NCBI GenBank assembly: GCA_040377305.1
Contig: JBEIPA010000002.1
Span: 96,001 to 160,000, forward strand
Source of the DNA: Flavobacteriales bacterium
GTDB lineage: Bacteria; Bacteroidota; Bacteroidia; Palsa-965
Direction: 5' to 3'
Length of the DNA: 64,000 bases
The position numbers were made by a program, and so were the translations under genes. Below are positions 10,175 to 19,335 of this stretch, piece after piece; positions within the stretch are counted from its first letter, which is position 1; each line of letters opens with the position of its first letter. Under the pieces are notes generated by a model that was not told where the DNA came from, made no database searches, and saw only the letters and a program-made list of their open reading frames with translations.

Positions 10175-10926
10175 AATCTTATAGGTATTTCATTCATTCG
10201 TAAATACTTCTTCAGCGCCGGTATTTCAATCTCACCAAAGTGAAAAATACTTGCAGCTAATGCTGCGTCTGCCTTTCCATGGGTAAACACCTCCGAAAAA
10301 TGTTCGATAGTACCAGCTCCACCAGAAGCGATGATGGGCACATTCACCGATTCCGCAATTTCGCGTGTAAGTTCAATTGCAAAACCATTTTTTGTTCCAT
10401 CGTGATTCATAGATGTCAAAAGAATTTCTCCGGCACCGCGATCTACCGCTTCACGAATCCAATCCTGCGCCTTCCGACCAGAAGAAATTCTTCCACCATT
10501 CAGGAACACCGACCATTCTCCTACCTCAAACTTCACATCGACTGCCAACACAACACACTGACTCCCGAATTCCTTAGCCAACTCCGTAATTAATTCCGGA
10601 TTTCTTACCGCTGCAGAATTAACCGAAACTTTATCGGCACCATTCATCAACACGGCGCGCACATCATCTACAGATCCAATGCCTCCTCCAACAGTGAAAG
10701 GAATATTAATTGACGAAGCAACATTTCGCACTAACTCGGTCAACGTCTTCCTCTTCTCCTCCGTTGCAGTGATATCGAGAAACACAAGTTCATCCGCGCC
10801 TTGCTCTGCATAACGAACTCCTAACTCAATAGCGTCCCCGGCATCGCGGAGTCCTACGAAGTTCACGCCCTTCACGGTGCGACCATCCTTCACATCTAAA
10901 CAGGGAATGATTCTCTTCGTGAGCAT
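10171..10926 (-). CDS. hisF: Imidazole glycerol phosphate synthase, cyclase subunit
   Basis: [41 protein letters not shown]. Confidence 0.97.
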   Translation of the reverse strand: MLTKRIIPCLDVKDGRTVKGVNFVGLRDAGDAIELGVRYAEQGADELVFLDITATEEKRKTLTELVRNVASSINIPFTVGGGIGSVDDVRAVLMNGADKVSVNSAAVRNPELITELAKEFGSQCVVLAVDVKFEVGEWSVFLNGGRISSGRKAQDWIREAVDRGAGEILLTSMNHDGTKNGFAIELTREIAESVNVPIIASGGAGTIEHFSEVFTHGKADAALAASIFHFGEIEIPALKKYLRMNEIPIRL

Positions 10927-11657
10927 TACGTGTTTCGTGAATTAAACTGTTCCAATTGCTTGATCGATATCCGGTTCTCATAAATCGCCTTACCCACAAT
11001 TACACCTTCGCAACCAATTTCTTCAAGGCGGATAATGTCATCAATAGATGTCACTCCACCACTCGCAACCAGACGCAAGCCCGGACAACGCGCAATGAGC
11101 TTTCGATATAAATCTTCTGAGGGTCCCTCGAGTTTGCCATCCTTAGAAATATCCGTGCAGAAGAAATAATGGACGCGGTTACTCATCTGTTGCTGGATGA
11201 ATGAAACCACATCAATGTCGGTTTGTTCTGTCCATCCGTTAACTGCTATCTTTTCATCCCGGACATCAGCCCCAATGAAAAAACGTTCGGCTCCATACGT
11301 CGAAATCCATTCCCGAAATATTTTGGGCTCTTGCACTGCCAGACTACCTACAGTAGCATAAGCTGCCCCCGCATTCAAAACACTTTTCAGTTCAGTTTCC
11401 GTTTTGATACCTCCACCAAAATCAACCAACAAATCGGTATGCAGTGAAATTTCCTCCAGGATGTGAATATTTTTAACTGTGCCCGCTTTCGCACCATCCA
11501 AATCAACAACGTGCAATCGCTTTACACCTGCAGCTTCAAATTCTTTGGCTACATCCAGTGGTGCATCACTATAAACCACTTTGCGCGAATAGTCTCCTTC
11601 CGTAAGTCGCACGCATCTTCCATCAATAATGTCAATGGCAGGAATAATCTCAATCAT
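10926..11657 (-). CDS. hisA: ProFAR isomerase
   Basis: [36 protein letters not shown]. Confidence 0.97.
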   Translation of the reverse strand: MIEIIPAIDIIDGRCVRLTEGDYSRKVVYSDAPLDVAKEFEAAGVKRLHVVDLDGAKAGTVKNIHILEEISLHTDLLVDFGGGIKTETELKSVLNAGAAYATVGSLAVQEPKIFREWISTYGAERFFIGADVRDEKIAVNGWTEQTDIDVVSFIQQQMSNRVHYFFCTDISKDGKLEGPSEDLYRKLIARCPGLRLVASGGVTSIDDIIRLEEIGCEGVIVGKAIYENRISIKQLEQFNSRNT

Positions 11658-12250
11658 AGGTCTAAAAAGTTTCGGATGATCGTTTCACCAACTACTCCAC
11701 TCTTCTCCGGGTGAAACTGCACGCCATAAAAATTGTTCTTCTCCAATCCTGCACTGAACGGACGAACATACGTTGTAATTGAATTTGTCTGTTCACACAC
11801 ATCCGCGCAAAATCCATGCACGTAATATACGAAGGCATTATCGCTGACACCTGTGTATAATTTGCTTTTGAGATGAGAGATATCATTCCATCCCACGTGC
11901 GGAATTTTACCTTCAAACACGCGAACACCCGAATCAAACCGTCGAACAGTTGTAGCGAATACCCCAAGCGCTTTTGTGTTGCCTTCTTCGCTGTAATCAC
12001 ACAACAATTGCATGCCAAGACACACGCCTAAAACCGGCTGCTCTAATCCGGTAATGACCTGATGCAATCCCGCATGCGTCAACGCACGCATCGCAGATGA
12101 AGCTTCTCCTACACCGGGAAATATCACTTTGTCTGCTGACATAATTACGGAAGCATCATCACTCACAATTGCGTCCACACCCAATCGATTCAGAGCAAAC
12201 TGAACAGAAGCTACATTTCCTGCGTTGTATTTTATGATAACTACTTTCAT
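11654..12250 (-). CDS. hisH: Imidazole glycerol phosphate synthase, glutaminase subunit
   Basis: AGNVASV, FPGVG, LGVCLGMQ, IPHVGWN, QFHPEKS. Confidence 0.96.
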   Translation of the reverse strand: MKVVIIKYNAGNVASVQFALNRLGVDAIVSDDASVIMSADKVIFPGVGEASSAMRALTHAGLHQVITGLEQPVLGVCLGMQLLCDYSEEGNTKALGVFATTVRRFDSGVRVFEGKIPHVGWNDISHLKSKLYTGVSDNAFVYYVHGFCADVCEQTNSITTYVRPFSAGLEKNNFYGVQFHPEKSGVVGETIIRNFLDL

Positions 12251-12819
12251 GCATTCAAAAAGTTAAGCATGATCTGTTCACCGTATTCCGTCATGATGGA
12301 TTCCGGATGAAACTGTACGGCAAAAATCTTTTGTGCCGCATCTTCAATAGCCATCACCTGATTTTGAGAATCGCGCACGGTCACTTTATAATTATTCGGT
12401 AATGTCATCTCGTCTATCACCCAGGAGTGATATCGTCCCGCGTTGAATCCTGATTTTACATTCGCAAAAAGCACCGAACCTTCATTCACTTGCATGGGAG
12501 TCGCCACACCATGATAAACTTTGTCGAGGTTGATGAGCTTTCCTCCTTCAGCAATACAAATGGCCTGCTGACCGAGGCACACCCCAAGAATTGGTTTCTT
12601 GCCTTTATACATTTTGATCAGAGCAAGAAGATCTCCGGCTTCTTCAGGAATTCCTGGTCCGGGAGAAAGTATAATGCGATCGTAAGTCGCTGCATGCTCC
12701 AATTGCAATTCGTTATTTCGCACAACTTCCACTTTCACATCCGGAGCAACTTTCTCCACGAGGTGAACGAGGTTGTAGGTGAACGAATCGTAATTGTCGA
12801 ATACCAATATCTTTTCCAT
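12247..12819 (-). CDS. trpG: Anthranilate / aminodeoxychorismate synthase component II (TrpG/PabA class I glutamine amidotransferase)
   Basis: DNYDSFTYNL, SPGPG, LGVCLGQQ, GRYHS, QFHPES. Its stop overlaps the hisH start (ATGA). Confidence 0.88.
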   Translation of the reverse strand: MEKILVFDNYDSFTYNLVHLVEKVAPDVKVEVVRNNELQLEHAATYDRIILSPGPGIPEEAGDLLALIKMYKGKKPILGVCLGQQAICIAEGGKLINLDKVYHGVATPMQVNEGSVLFANVKSGFNAGRYHSWVIDEMTLPNNYKVTVRDSQNQVMAIEDAAQKIFAVQFHPESIMTEYGEQIMLNFLNA

Positions 12820-12839
12820 CACTCAGTGTCTCTGGTTAC

Positions 12840-12868
12840 AAAAAAAGTCCGCTGTGTGAGCGGACTTT
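12840..12868 (-). terminator. Attenuator terminator upstream of trpG-hisHAF-IE
   Basis: mRNA AAAGUCCGCU-CACAC-AGCGGACUUU followed by a U run, about 20 nt before the trpG start. Confidence 0.85.
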
Positions 12869-12891
12869 GTTATAGTTACAACAACCACGAT

Positions 12892-12951
12892 TCACACGGT
12901 CCGGGATTCCGAAATATGTGCACAGTGTTTGTTGATTGTGATCTTGTTCAT
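12892..12951 (-). CDS. Putative leader peptide MNKITINKHCAHISESRTV
   Basis: The ATG lies 7 nt after a -7 element. The ORF ends in GTGTGA, which is complementary to TCACAC in the terminator (antiterminator pairing). Confidence 0.65.
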   Translation of the reverse strand: MNKITINKHCAHISESRTV

Positions 12952-12958
12952 TGCGATG

Positions 12959-12991
12959 CAAATATAATGTAGGAATTTCCACAAAACCAAA
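12959..12991 (-). promoter_or_regulatory. Bacteroidota promoter (-33 TTTG, 21-nt spacer, -7 TATATTTG)
   Basis: Forward-strand caaatata at 12959-12966 and caaa at 12988-12991. Confidence 0.7.
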
Positions 12992-13116
12992 TCAAAGGAG
13001 GAAACGGGATCCAGGAATTTGGGAATAGGGTATTCGGGCTATATGAATTACGTTAAACTCAGCCCAAAACCCCTTTTCCCTTATTTCCCTAATCCCTATT
13101 TCCCTACCTTTCTTGA

Positions 13117-14196
13117 ATGAGGATTTTCCTTCTCGCTGCAACTATTTGTCTAAGCATTGTCATCAACGCACGTCAAATCCAACCGGGTTTCGACAGCCAG
13201 GAATTTCGTAAAATGTTTCAGATAAGTGCGCATCAAACCGACACACCCTGGGTGAAACTTAAATTCCCGTATCCCGGCGGATACAACATGGTGTATCGCT
13301 CACCGGTTGGCGGTCTCGACAATCGTTGGGACATGTGGATGAGTCCGGACTCGGTTGCGGTGATCAGTATTCGCGGCACAACGGGAACGAACGAATCGTG
13401 GTTGGAGAATTTTTATGCCGGTATGATTCCCGCTGAAGGAACGTTGAACATGGGTAACGGAAAGTTGTTCGACTACAAACTTGCAGAAGATTCACTCGCT
13501 TATGTGCATATCGGCTGGACAATCGGAATGGCAAGCATGGCTCCTGAAATTGTTACGCAAATGAATCTGCAATACAACAAAGGCATTCGCGACTTCATCA
13601 TCATGGGACACAGTCAGGGAGGTGCAATTGCGCTCTTGTTGCATTCCTACCTGCACTACTTACCCGATTCAATTTTGCCGAATGACATTCGCGTAAAAAC
13701 GTATGGAAGTGCAGCACCGAAAGTTGGGAATCAGAAATTCTCTTACGATTTCGATTTCATTTCACGTGGCGGTTGGGCATTTCGGATTGTGAATTCAGTC
13801 GACTGGGTACCTGAATGTCCGTTCACCGTACAAACTACTAATGATCTCAGTCACGGAAATCCATTCGCAGAACCAGAACGCGCCGGATTAACAGGTCCCG
13901 CGAAAGTAATTGCGAATCACGTCATTCGTAAAATGAACCGGAAAGCAAAACGTGCGGAGAAACGATTCCGGAAATATCTCGCCATCAAAACAGGAAAGTT
14001 TGTACGCAAGAAAATTCCCGGCATGCCTAAACAGGAATACGTGAAAAGTATGGCATACGTAAGTTGTGGTTCGCCCATTGTACTTGTTCCGGATAAACAC
14101 TACTACGATCTGTATCCCGACAGAGGTGGAATTTTCACGAATCACTATTTCGGCCCGTATTACTATTTGTTGAACGTGTATTATCCGGTGAAGTAA
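13117..14196 (+). CDS. Lipase class 3 family protein (secreted)
   Basis: Signal peptide, ISIRGT, nucleophile elbow GHSQGG, and DWVP. Confidence 0.88.
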   Translation: MRIFLLAATICLSIVINARQIQPGFDSQEFRKMFQISAHQTDTPWVKLKFPYPGGYNMVYRSPVGGLDNRWDMWMSPDSVAVISIRGTTGTNESWLENFYAGMIPAEGTLNMGNGKLFDYKLAEDSLAYVHIGWTIGMASMAPEIVTQMNLQYNKGIRDFIIMGHSQGGAIALLLHSYLHYLPDSILPNDIRVKTYGSAAPKVGNQKFSYDFDFISRGGWAFRIVNSVDWVPECPFTVQTTNDLSHGNPFAEPERAGLTGPAKVIANHVIRKMNRKAKRAEKRFRKYLAIKTGKFVRKKIPGMPKQEYVKSMAYVSCGSPIVLVPDKHYYDLYPDRGGIFTNHYFGPYYYLLNVYYPVK

Positions 14197-15830
14197 TGAC
14201 GACAAAATTCAAATCAAACCGAATCTTGAAACTACTCACGGCAGTGCTTATTGTCGCTGCAATGATGTGGTTCACTCAAAATGAATCACAAGCGAATACA
14301 GAAAGTGAATTTGTCGCGGGTGAACTGATCGTTCAGGTAAAAGAAGTACTACCCGATAATTTATCTGCGCTCGGCATACATAGCGTTCAACAAATCTGCA
14401 AAGACAAAAATGGACAGAGCAAAATTTATGTTCTGCATTTTGATGAATCAGAAGATGTTGTCGCTAAGAAAGAAGACCTTTTACAAACCGGAAGTTTCAT
14501 TTGGGCAGAACCAAACGGCTTTATGAAAGGCTGTGTGACTCCGAACGACTCGATGTTCTTTCGGCAGTACGGATTGGAGAATCTCGGTTCATTCAATCTC
14601 ACATTCTCCACCGCAGATTCTGATTCTGATTTACCGGAAGCCTGGAACATCGAACAAGGCGACACGAATGTCGTTGTTGCAGTTCTCGACGGAGGAATTG
14701 CCTTGGCGCATCCTGAATTTGCAGGAAGGATTTGGCAGAACTACACCGAGAATCCCATCAATAATATTGACGACGATGGCAACGGCTACATCGACGATTA
14801 TCAAGGGTGGAATTTCGCTTATGATACAAATTCTCCCGCCGATGATCTCGGACACGGCACTTCTGTAGCTGGTGTCATTGGTGCAAACGCCAACAACGCA
14901 ATTGGTCTCGCCGGCGTTGACTGGAACTGTAAGCTCATGGTCTGCAAAGTTCTCGATGGAAGTAATTTCGGAACGTACGCCGATATCGCTGACGCCATTT
15001 ACTACGCAACGAACAACGGTGCAGATATCATCAACATGTCATTCTCTGGTGGAGCGTCGAGCACCATCACGAACGCGGTACAATACGCATGGAACAACAA
15101 CGTGGTGATGTGCGCTGCTTCCGGAAATGGAAATACATCTACTCCATCTTTTCCCGCAGCAGATTCATTGGTACTCGCAGTCGGTGGGAGCAATGCCTGG
15201 GATGTCCGCTACCAATTCAGTAATTACGGTCCTCACATCGATGTAGTCGCAGCCGGTGACTACGTGTACATTCTGGATTACGCCAACTTCTCCAACTACG
15301 GAACTTATTCAGGAGGAACCTCACTTGCTTCTCCTTTCGTTGCAGGAGTTGCTGCATTGCTCAAAGCACAGGACACCGCACGCACAAATTCAGAAATCTA
15401 CAACATCATTCGCGCAACCGCCGAAGACACCGTTGACGTTTTCACCGGAGAAGATGTTGTTGGCTGGGATCAGTATTTTGGTTTTGGAAGAGTGAATGCG
15501 CATTATGCGTTGTTGTATGATAGTTTGAGTTTGGCGACGCCAGATTTGTCACCCTTCGGCTCCGCTCAGTCTGACAAAACCAATCAAATGTCAATTTATC
15601 CGAATCCGTTTTCTGAACAGGCGACGATTTATTCGAGTGTGGAGTTGAATGATGCGACGGCGGAGATTTATGATGCGAGTGGGAAGTTGGTGAGGGAAAC
15701 CCGAAATGTTTTAGGAAATACGATTCCGTTGGTGAGAGGTGAATTGGCAAATGGGACGTATTTGGTTGTGGTCACTGAAGATGGGATAGTGATTGAGAGA
15801 ATAAGGTTTGTTATATCCAATCCGAATTGA
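14196..15830 (+). CDS. S8 subtilisin-like serine peptidase with T9SS type A sorting domain
   Basis: VAVLDGG (Asp), GHGTSVAG (His), GTSLASP (Ser), and C-terminal IYPNPF...IYDASGKLV...GTYLV. Confidence 0.92.
   Translation: MTTKFKSNRILKLLTAVLIVAAMMWFTQNESQANTESEFVAGELIVQVKEVLPDNLSALGIHSVQQICKDKNGQSKIYVLHFDESEDVVAKKEDLLQTGSFIWAEPNGFMKGCVTPNDSMFFRQYGLENLGSFNLTFSTADSDSDLPEAWNIEQGDTNVVVAVLDGGIALAHPEFAGRIWQNYTENPINNIDDDGNGYIDDYQGWNFAYDTNSPADDLGHGTSVAGVIGANANNAIGLAGVDWNCKLMVCKVLDGSNFGTYADIADAIYYATNNGADIINMSFSGGASSTITNAVQYAWNNNVVMCAASGNGNTSTPSFPAADSLVLAVGGSNAWDVRYQFSNYGPHIDVVAAGDYVYILDYANFSNYGTYSGGTSLASPFVAGVAALLKAQDTARTNSEIYNIIRATAEDTVDVFTGEDVVGWDQYFGFGRVNAHYALLYDSLSLATPDLSPFGSAQSDKTNQMSIYPNPFSEQATIYSSVELNDATAEIYDASGKLVRETRNVLGNTIPLVRGELANGTYLVVVTEDGIVIERIRFVISNPN
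15546..15577 (+). repeat. 32-nt palindromic REP-like element inside the S8 peptidase CDS
   Basis: TTGTCACCCTTCGGCTCCGCTCAGTCTGACAA, 29/32 identical to the copy in hisC. Confidence 0.85.
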
Positions 15831-15843
15831 ACAAAATCAAGCC

Positions 15844-16179
15844 ATGAGTTTTGGAAAACATACCATCAGTGCAATTAAAGTTCAAATCACTAGTTACACT
15901 AGTGATGATAATCCTGGATTCGTCGAGTGCAGATTTCATGACGCATGGAATAAGGAACACGTTATCCATGATAAAGTTCCCGTTGTAACATTAGAGAATC
16001 TCGATGCGAACAGTGCCTACCCTCGCCCCGGTGTTATTGGATGCACCGTAATCAAGGAATGGATGGATGAGAACGGACGTGAAATAATCTCGGTAACCAC
16101 TGAAAAACCGTGGGCAATTGATTCCACCGAGGGCAATTACGAATTCGATATATTGGCTAGTCAAATTACAGAAATATGA
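15844..16179 (+). CDS. Hypothetical protein
   Basis: ORF with probable ATG at 15844 (PGFVECRFHDAW..DKVPVV..KPW). Its stop overlaps the next start. Confidence 0.7.
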   Translation: MSFGKHTISAIKVQITSYTSDDNPGFVECRFHDAWNKEHVIHDKVPVVTLENLDANSAYPRPGVIGCTVIKEWMDENGREIISVTTEKPWAIDSTEGNYEFDILASQITEI

Positions 16180-16517
16180 ATCCTGTTATCCCCTTCCAAA
16201 CCACATCCTGGTCCTCCCTCCCTTCCACCGAACACAAAGGAGACACGGGCACCGCCTTCTGGAAAACCCTCGAGTTCCCCGGTCTCCGCATCCGCATGGT
16301 TGAATATTCTCCGAACTACCTCGCCGATCACTGGTGCGAAAAAGGTCACATCATTTATTGCATCGAAGGAGAAATGGATACTGAGTTGGCTGATGGAAGC
16401 ATTCATAAACTCTCTGTGGGAATGTCATATCAGGTTTCAGACGGCTTGAGCTCGCACCGAACGAGTTCGAAGAATGGTGTGAAGCTGTTTATTGTGGATG
16501 GGAATTTTTTGAAATAA
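16176..16517 (+). CDS. DHCW-motif cupin-fold protein
   Basis: RMVEYSPNYLADHWCEKGH, SYQVSD..SSHR, KLFIVD. Confidence 0.88.
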   Translation: MNPVIPFQTTSWSSLPSTEHKGDTGTAFWKTLEFPGLRIRMVEYSPNYLADHWCEKGHIIYCIEGEMDTELADGSIHKLSVGMSYQVSDGLSSHRTSSKNGVKLFIVDGNFLK

Positions 16518-16539
16518 GTTCAATTAATACAATGGTATC

Positions 16540-16884
16540 ATGACCTCTCGAGACTTTGCCAAAGCATTTCATTACGAAAAGGAAAATCTTCTTGACCTTT
16601 ACTTTGAACGTAAGCAAACTCCAAACAACCACCGCGCAGAAGTAAGTATATTAATAGACCGATTGCACCTTGACTCCGATCAAAAAGAAACACTTCACAA
16701 AATGGTTGATAGTGTAATTACAGATGTGATGTACGCCATTCTGCTTGGTTTAGATGGTAGTGGTACAATTGGTAATCTTAGACAACAAGATTATAACATT
16801 ACTGATGAAGAAGGAAACACTGTGACTGACGGAGAATTGGGCGATGCTGCATACGATATTTTTCATGGAGATCAATCTGTGTAA
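16540..16884 (+). CDS. Hypothetical acidic protein
   Basis: 114-aa ORF containing ILLGLDG; the sequence is visibly more AT-rich than its neighbours. Confidence 0.7.
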   Translation: MTSRDFAKAFHYEKENLLDLYFERKQTPNNHRAEVSILIDRLHLDSDQKETLHKMVDSVITDVMYAILLGLDGSGTIGNLRQQDYNITDEEGNTVTDGELGDAAYDIFHGDQSV

Positions 16885-16928
16885 TCTGTCCCGACAGTAA
16901 ACGTCGGGACGGCAAAAGAAAACCACTC

Positions 16929-18083
16929 ATGATGAAACTGAAACTTCTTTATACAATCGTCTCTCTCCTCTTAGTTTCGACAACCGAGATCTTTGGAGCC
17001 TCAGACCCCTGCGACTCTGTAACCCTCACAAAACTGCCCGGACCAACACCAGCCTTCAACGCGGACAGTTCACTCTACCTCATCAACAAACTCGATAGAA
17101 CCGGAAAGAAAGGCGTCTACCAGATTTACATCGGCAAACGCGGCGATAAAGATTCCGTGCTCACCTGCATTTCGCTCAATGGTCCTGCCAACCGCCCTGA
17201 TTCCGAAGTCGGACGAGGCAAAAAACGTCCCTTCAAAAAACTCCACAAGATGCAAGTGCAATGGCACGCGTCCGGAAAGTTTATCATCTGCGCTGTCGAG
17301 TGGGATGATTATAACGAACTGCACTACACACCTTACAAAACACGACTCGGACTTCTTCAGTGCGGAATCTGGATGGACATTTACGCCGTTACGCCCGATG
17401 GAAAAACCTGGACGCGACTCGTAAAAACTGTTCGCGGATTCACCGGTCCTGCATTCACAGTTGATGGCAGCAAATGCTCCTGGGCAGAAGGACAAGACAG
17501 CGCTGATCTTCGCAAAGACAAATTCGGAAAATGGAAACTGAAGTTCGCCGAGTTTCAGGTCAACAACGGTGTTCCGTCGCTCACCAACATCAAAGACATC
17601 ACACCGAAAAATACAAACTGGGTAGAGCCCGGAAATTTTCATCCCGACGGACAACGTTTGCTCATCACTGCAGATTGCGGAATGACAGACGCACGCGGAC
17701 AAGATCAATTCATCATCAATGTCTACACCGGAGAACTCATCAATCTCAACAACACACCAAACGTCTGGGATGAACACGGACTCTTCTCCGCCGACGGATC
17801 AAAAATTGTGTGGATGAGTTCCTATCCCTATCGCAGCGATCCGAATTCCTATCGCATCATCAGCATCAAAACCGAATTCATGATCATGAACACTGATGGC
17901 TCCGATCAGCGTCAACTCACGCACTTCTGCGAAAAAGGCTATCCCGAATATGGTGCAGGCATAGCAGCTGTCGGCTGGTTCGAACCGGATGGATATTCCA
18001 TTACCGGATACACACTCCTTTTTCCGTACTACAATTTTTTCAGCATCCAATTCAACGGTCCCTGCGGCAAGGCTCAAAAATAA
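16929..18083 (+). CDS. TolB-like / PD40 beta-propeller secreted protein
   Basis: Signal peptide and repeated WHASGK, TPDGK, FHPDGQ, FSADGSKIV, MNTDGSDQRQLT units. Confidence 0.78.
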   Translation: MMKLKLLYTIVSLLLVSTTEIFGASDPCDSVTLTKLPGPTPAFNADSSLYLINKLDRTGKKGVYQIYIGKRGDKDSVLTCISLNGPANRPDSEVGRGKKRPFKKLHKMQVQWHASGKFIICAVEWDDYNELHYTPYKTRLGLLQCGIWMDIYAVTPDGKTWTRLVKTVRGFTGPAFTVDGSKCSWAEGQDSADLRKDKFGKWKLKFAEFQVNNGVPSLTNIKDITPKNTNWVEPGNFHPDGQRLLITADCGMTDARGQDQFIINVYTGELINLNNTPNVWDEHGLFSADGSKIVWMSSYPYRSDPNSYRIISIKTEFMIMNTDGSDQRQLTHFCEKGYPEYGAGIAAVGWFEPDGYSITGYTLLFPYYNFFSIQFNGPCGKAQK

Positions 18084-18148
18084 AATTTGCGCAATCTGAG
18101 AAATCTGCGAATCTGTGGCAAAGCGCGCTTGCGCGCAATGAGAAACGC

Positions 18149-19258
18149 TTATAGTACACCTTTCGTTGTCGGTAAAGAGTTATCTCCTGTATTTCTCTTC
18201 ACCGCCATCTTCACCGCTTTCGCAAACGCCTTAAACACACTCTCAATTTTGTGGTGCTCATTCTCTCCTTCCGCCTTGATGTTGAGATTACACTTCGCTG
18301 CATCACTAAACGACTTGAAGAAGTGAAAAAACATTTCCGTCGGAACATCACCAATCTTCTCCCGCTTAAATTCCGTCTCCCATTCTATCCACGGACGACC
18401 ACCAAAATCAATCGCAACCTGCGCCAAACAATCATCCATCGGTAACAGAAATCCGTAGCGTTCAATTCCGCGTTTATCGCCAAGCGCTTTTGCAAAACAT
18501 TCGCCGAGTGCAATTCCCGTATCTTCAATCGTGTGATGCTCATCAATATGCAAATCACCTTTCGCATCTATATTCAAGTCAATCGCGCCGTGCTTCGCAA
18601 TCTGCTCCAGCATGTGATCGAAGAAATTCAATCCGGTTTTGATTTCTGCCTTTCCCGTTCCGTCAAGATTGAGCTGAATCTGAATATCCGTTTCATTCGT
18701 CTTCCGAACTACAGACGCAACGCGCGATGGCTTCCGAAGAAATTCGTAAATCTCTTTCCATCCATCACAGATCAACGTAATCTTGTCTTCCCAACCATCG
18801 GCCTTGTCGTAATTGCGAATGAGAATTGATTTACAACCGAGATTCTGTGCAAGCTTAACGTCCGTAATCCGATCACCAATCACAAATGAATTTGCAAGAT
18901 CGTATTCGCCGGTCATGTACTTCGTGAGCATTCCCGTTCCAGGTTTACGCGTCGGAAGATTTTCTTCAGGATAACTTTTGTCAATGCACACTTCCGAAAA
19001 ATGAACGCTCTCATTCTCCAAACTCTCCATCACAAAATTCTGCACAGGCCAAAACGTTTCTTCCGGATACTTCTCCGTTCCCAACCCATCCTGATTCGTT
19101 ACCATCACCAATTCGAATTTACACTCCTCCGCAATCTTGCGCAGGTATGTAAACATTCCCGGCAGAAATTTCAGCTTAGAGAAACTATCAATCTGAAACG
19201 TATCCGGTGGCTCCCAGATCAACGTTCCATCGCGATCAATAAAAAGTACCTTTTTCAT
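18149..19258 (-). CDS. hisB: Bifunctional histidinol-phosphatase / imidazoleglycerol-phosphate dehydratase
   Basis: FIDRDGT HAD motif, [31 protein letters not shown]. Confidence 0.97.
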   Translation of the reverse strand: MKKVLFIDRDGTLIWEPPDTFQIDSFSKLKFLPGMFTYLRKIAEECKFELVMVTNQDGLGTEKYPEETFWPVQNFVMESLENESVHFSEVCIDKSYPEENLPTRKPGTGMLTKYMTGEYDLANSFVIGDRITDVKLAQNLGCKSILIRNYDKADGWEDKITLICDGWKEIYEFLRKPSRVASVVRKTNETDIQIQLNLDGTGKAEIKTGLNFFDHMLEQIAKHGAIDLNIDAKGDLHIDEHHTIEDTGIALGECFAKALGDKRGIERYGFLLPMDDCLAQVAIDFGGRPWIEWETEFKREKIGDVPTEMFFHFFKSFSDAAKCNLNIKAEGENEHHKIESVFKAFAKAVKMAVKRNTGDNSLPTTKGVL

Positions 19259-19271
19259 ATACTACCTTTTT

Positions 19272-19335
19272 TTGACCACTAAGCGCACAAAGACACAAAG
19301 CAATTTCTTTGTGTCTTCGTGAACTTCGTGGTCAA
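19272..19335. repeat. Imperfect inverted repeat between hisC and hisB
   Basis: TTGACCAC..AAGACACAAAG pairs with CTTTGTGTCTT..GTGGTCAA; the repeat contains the hisC stop. Confidence 0.75.

Noticed and set aside
17070-17777. Long antisense ORFs (also 28362-29069, 43986-44570, 39718-40275, 47683-48201)
   Set aside because: Each lies wholly opposite a well-supported gene, as expected from codon bias.
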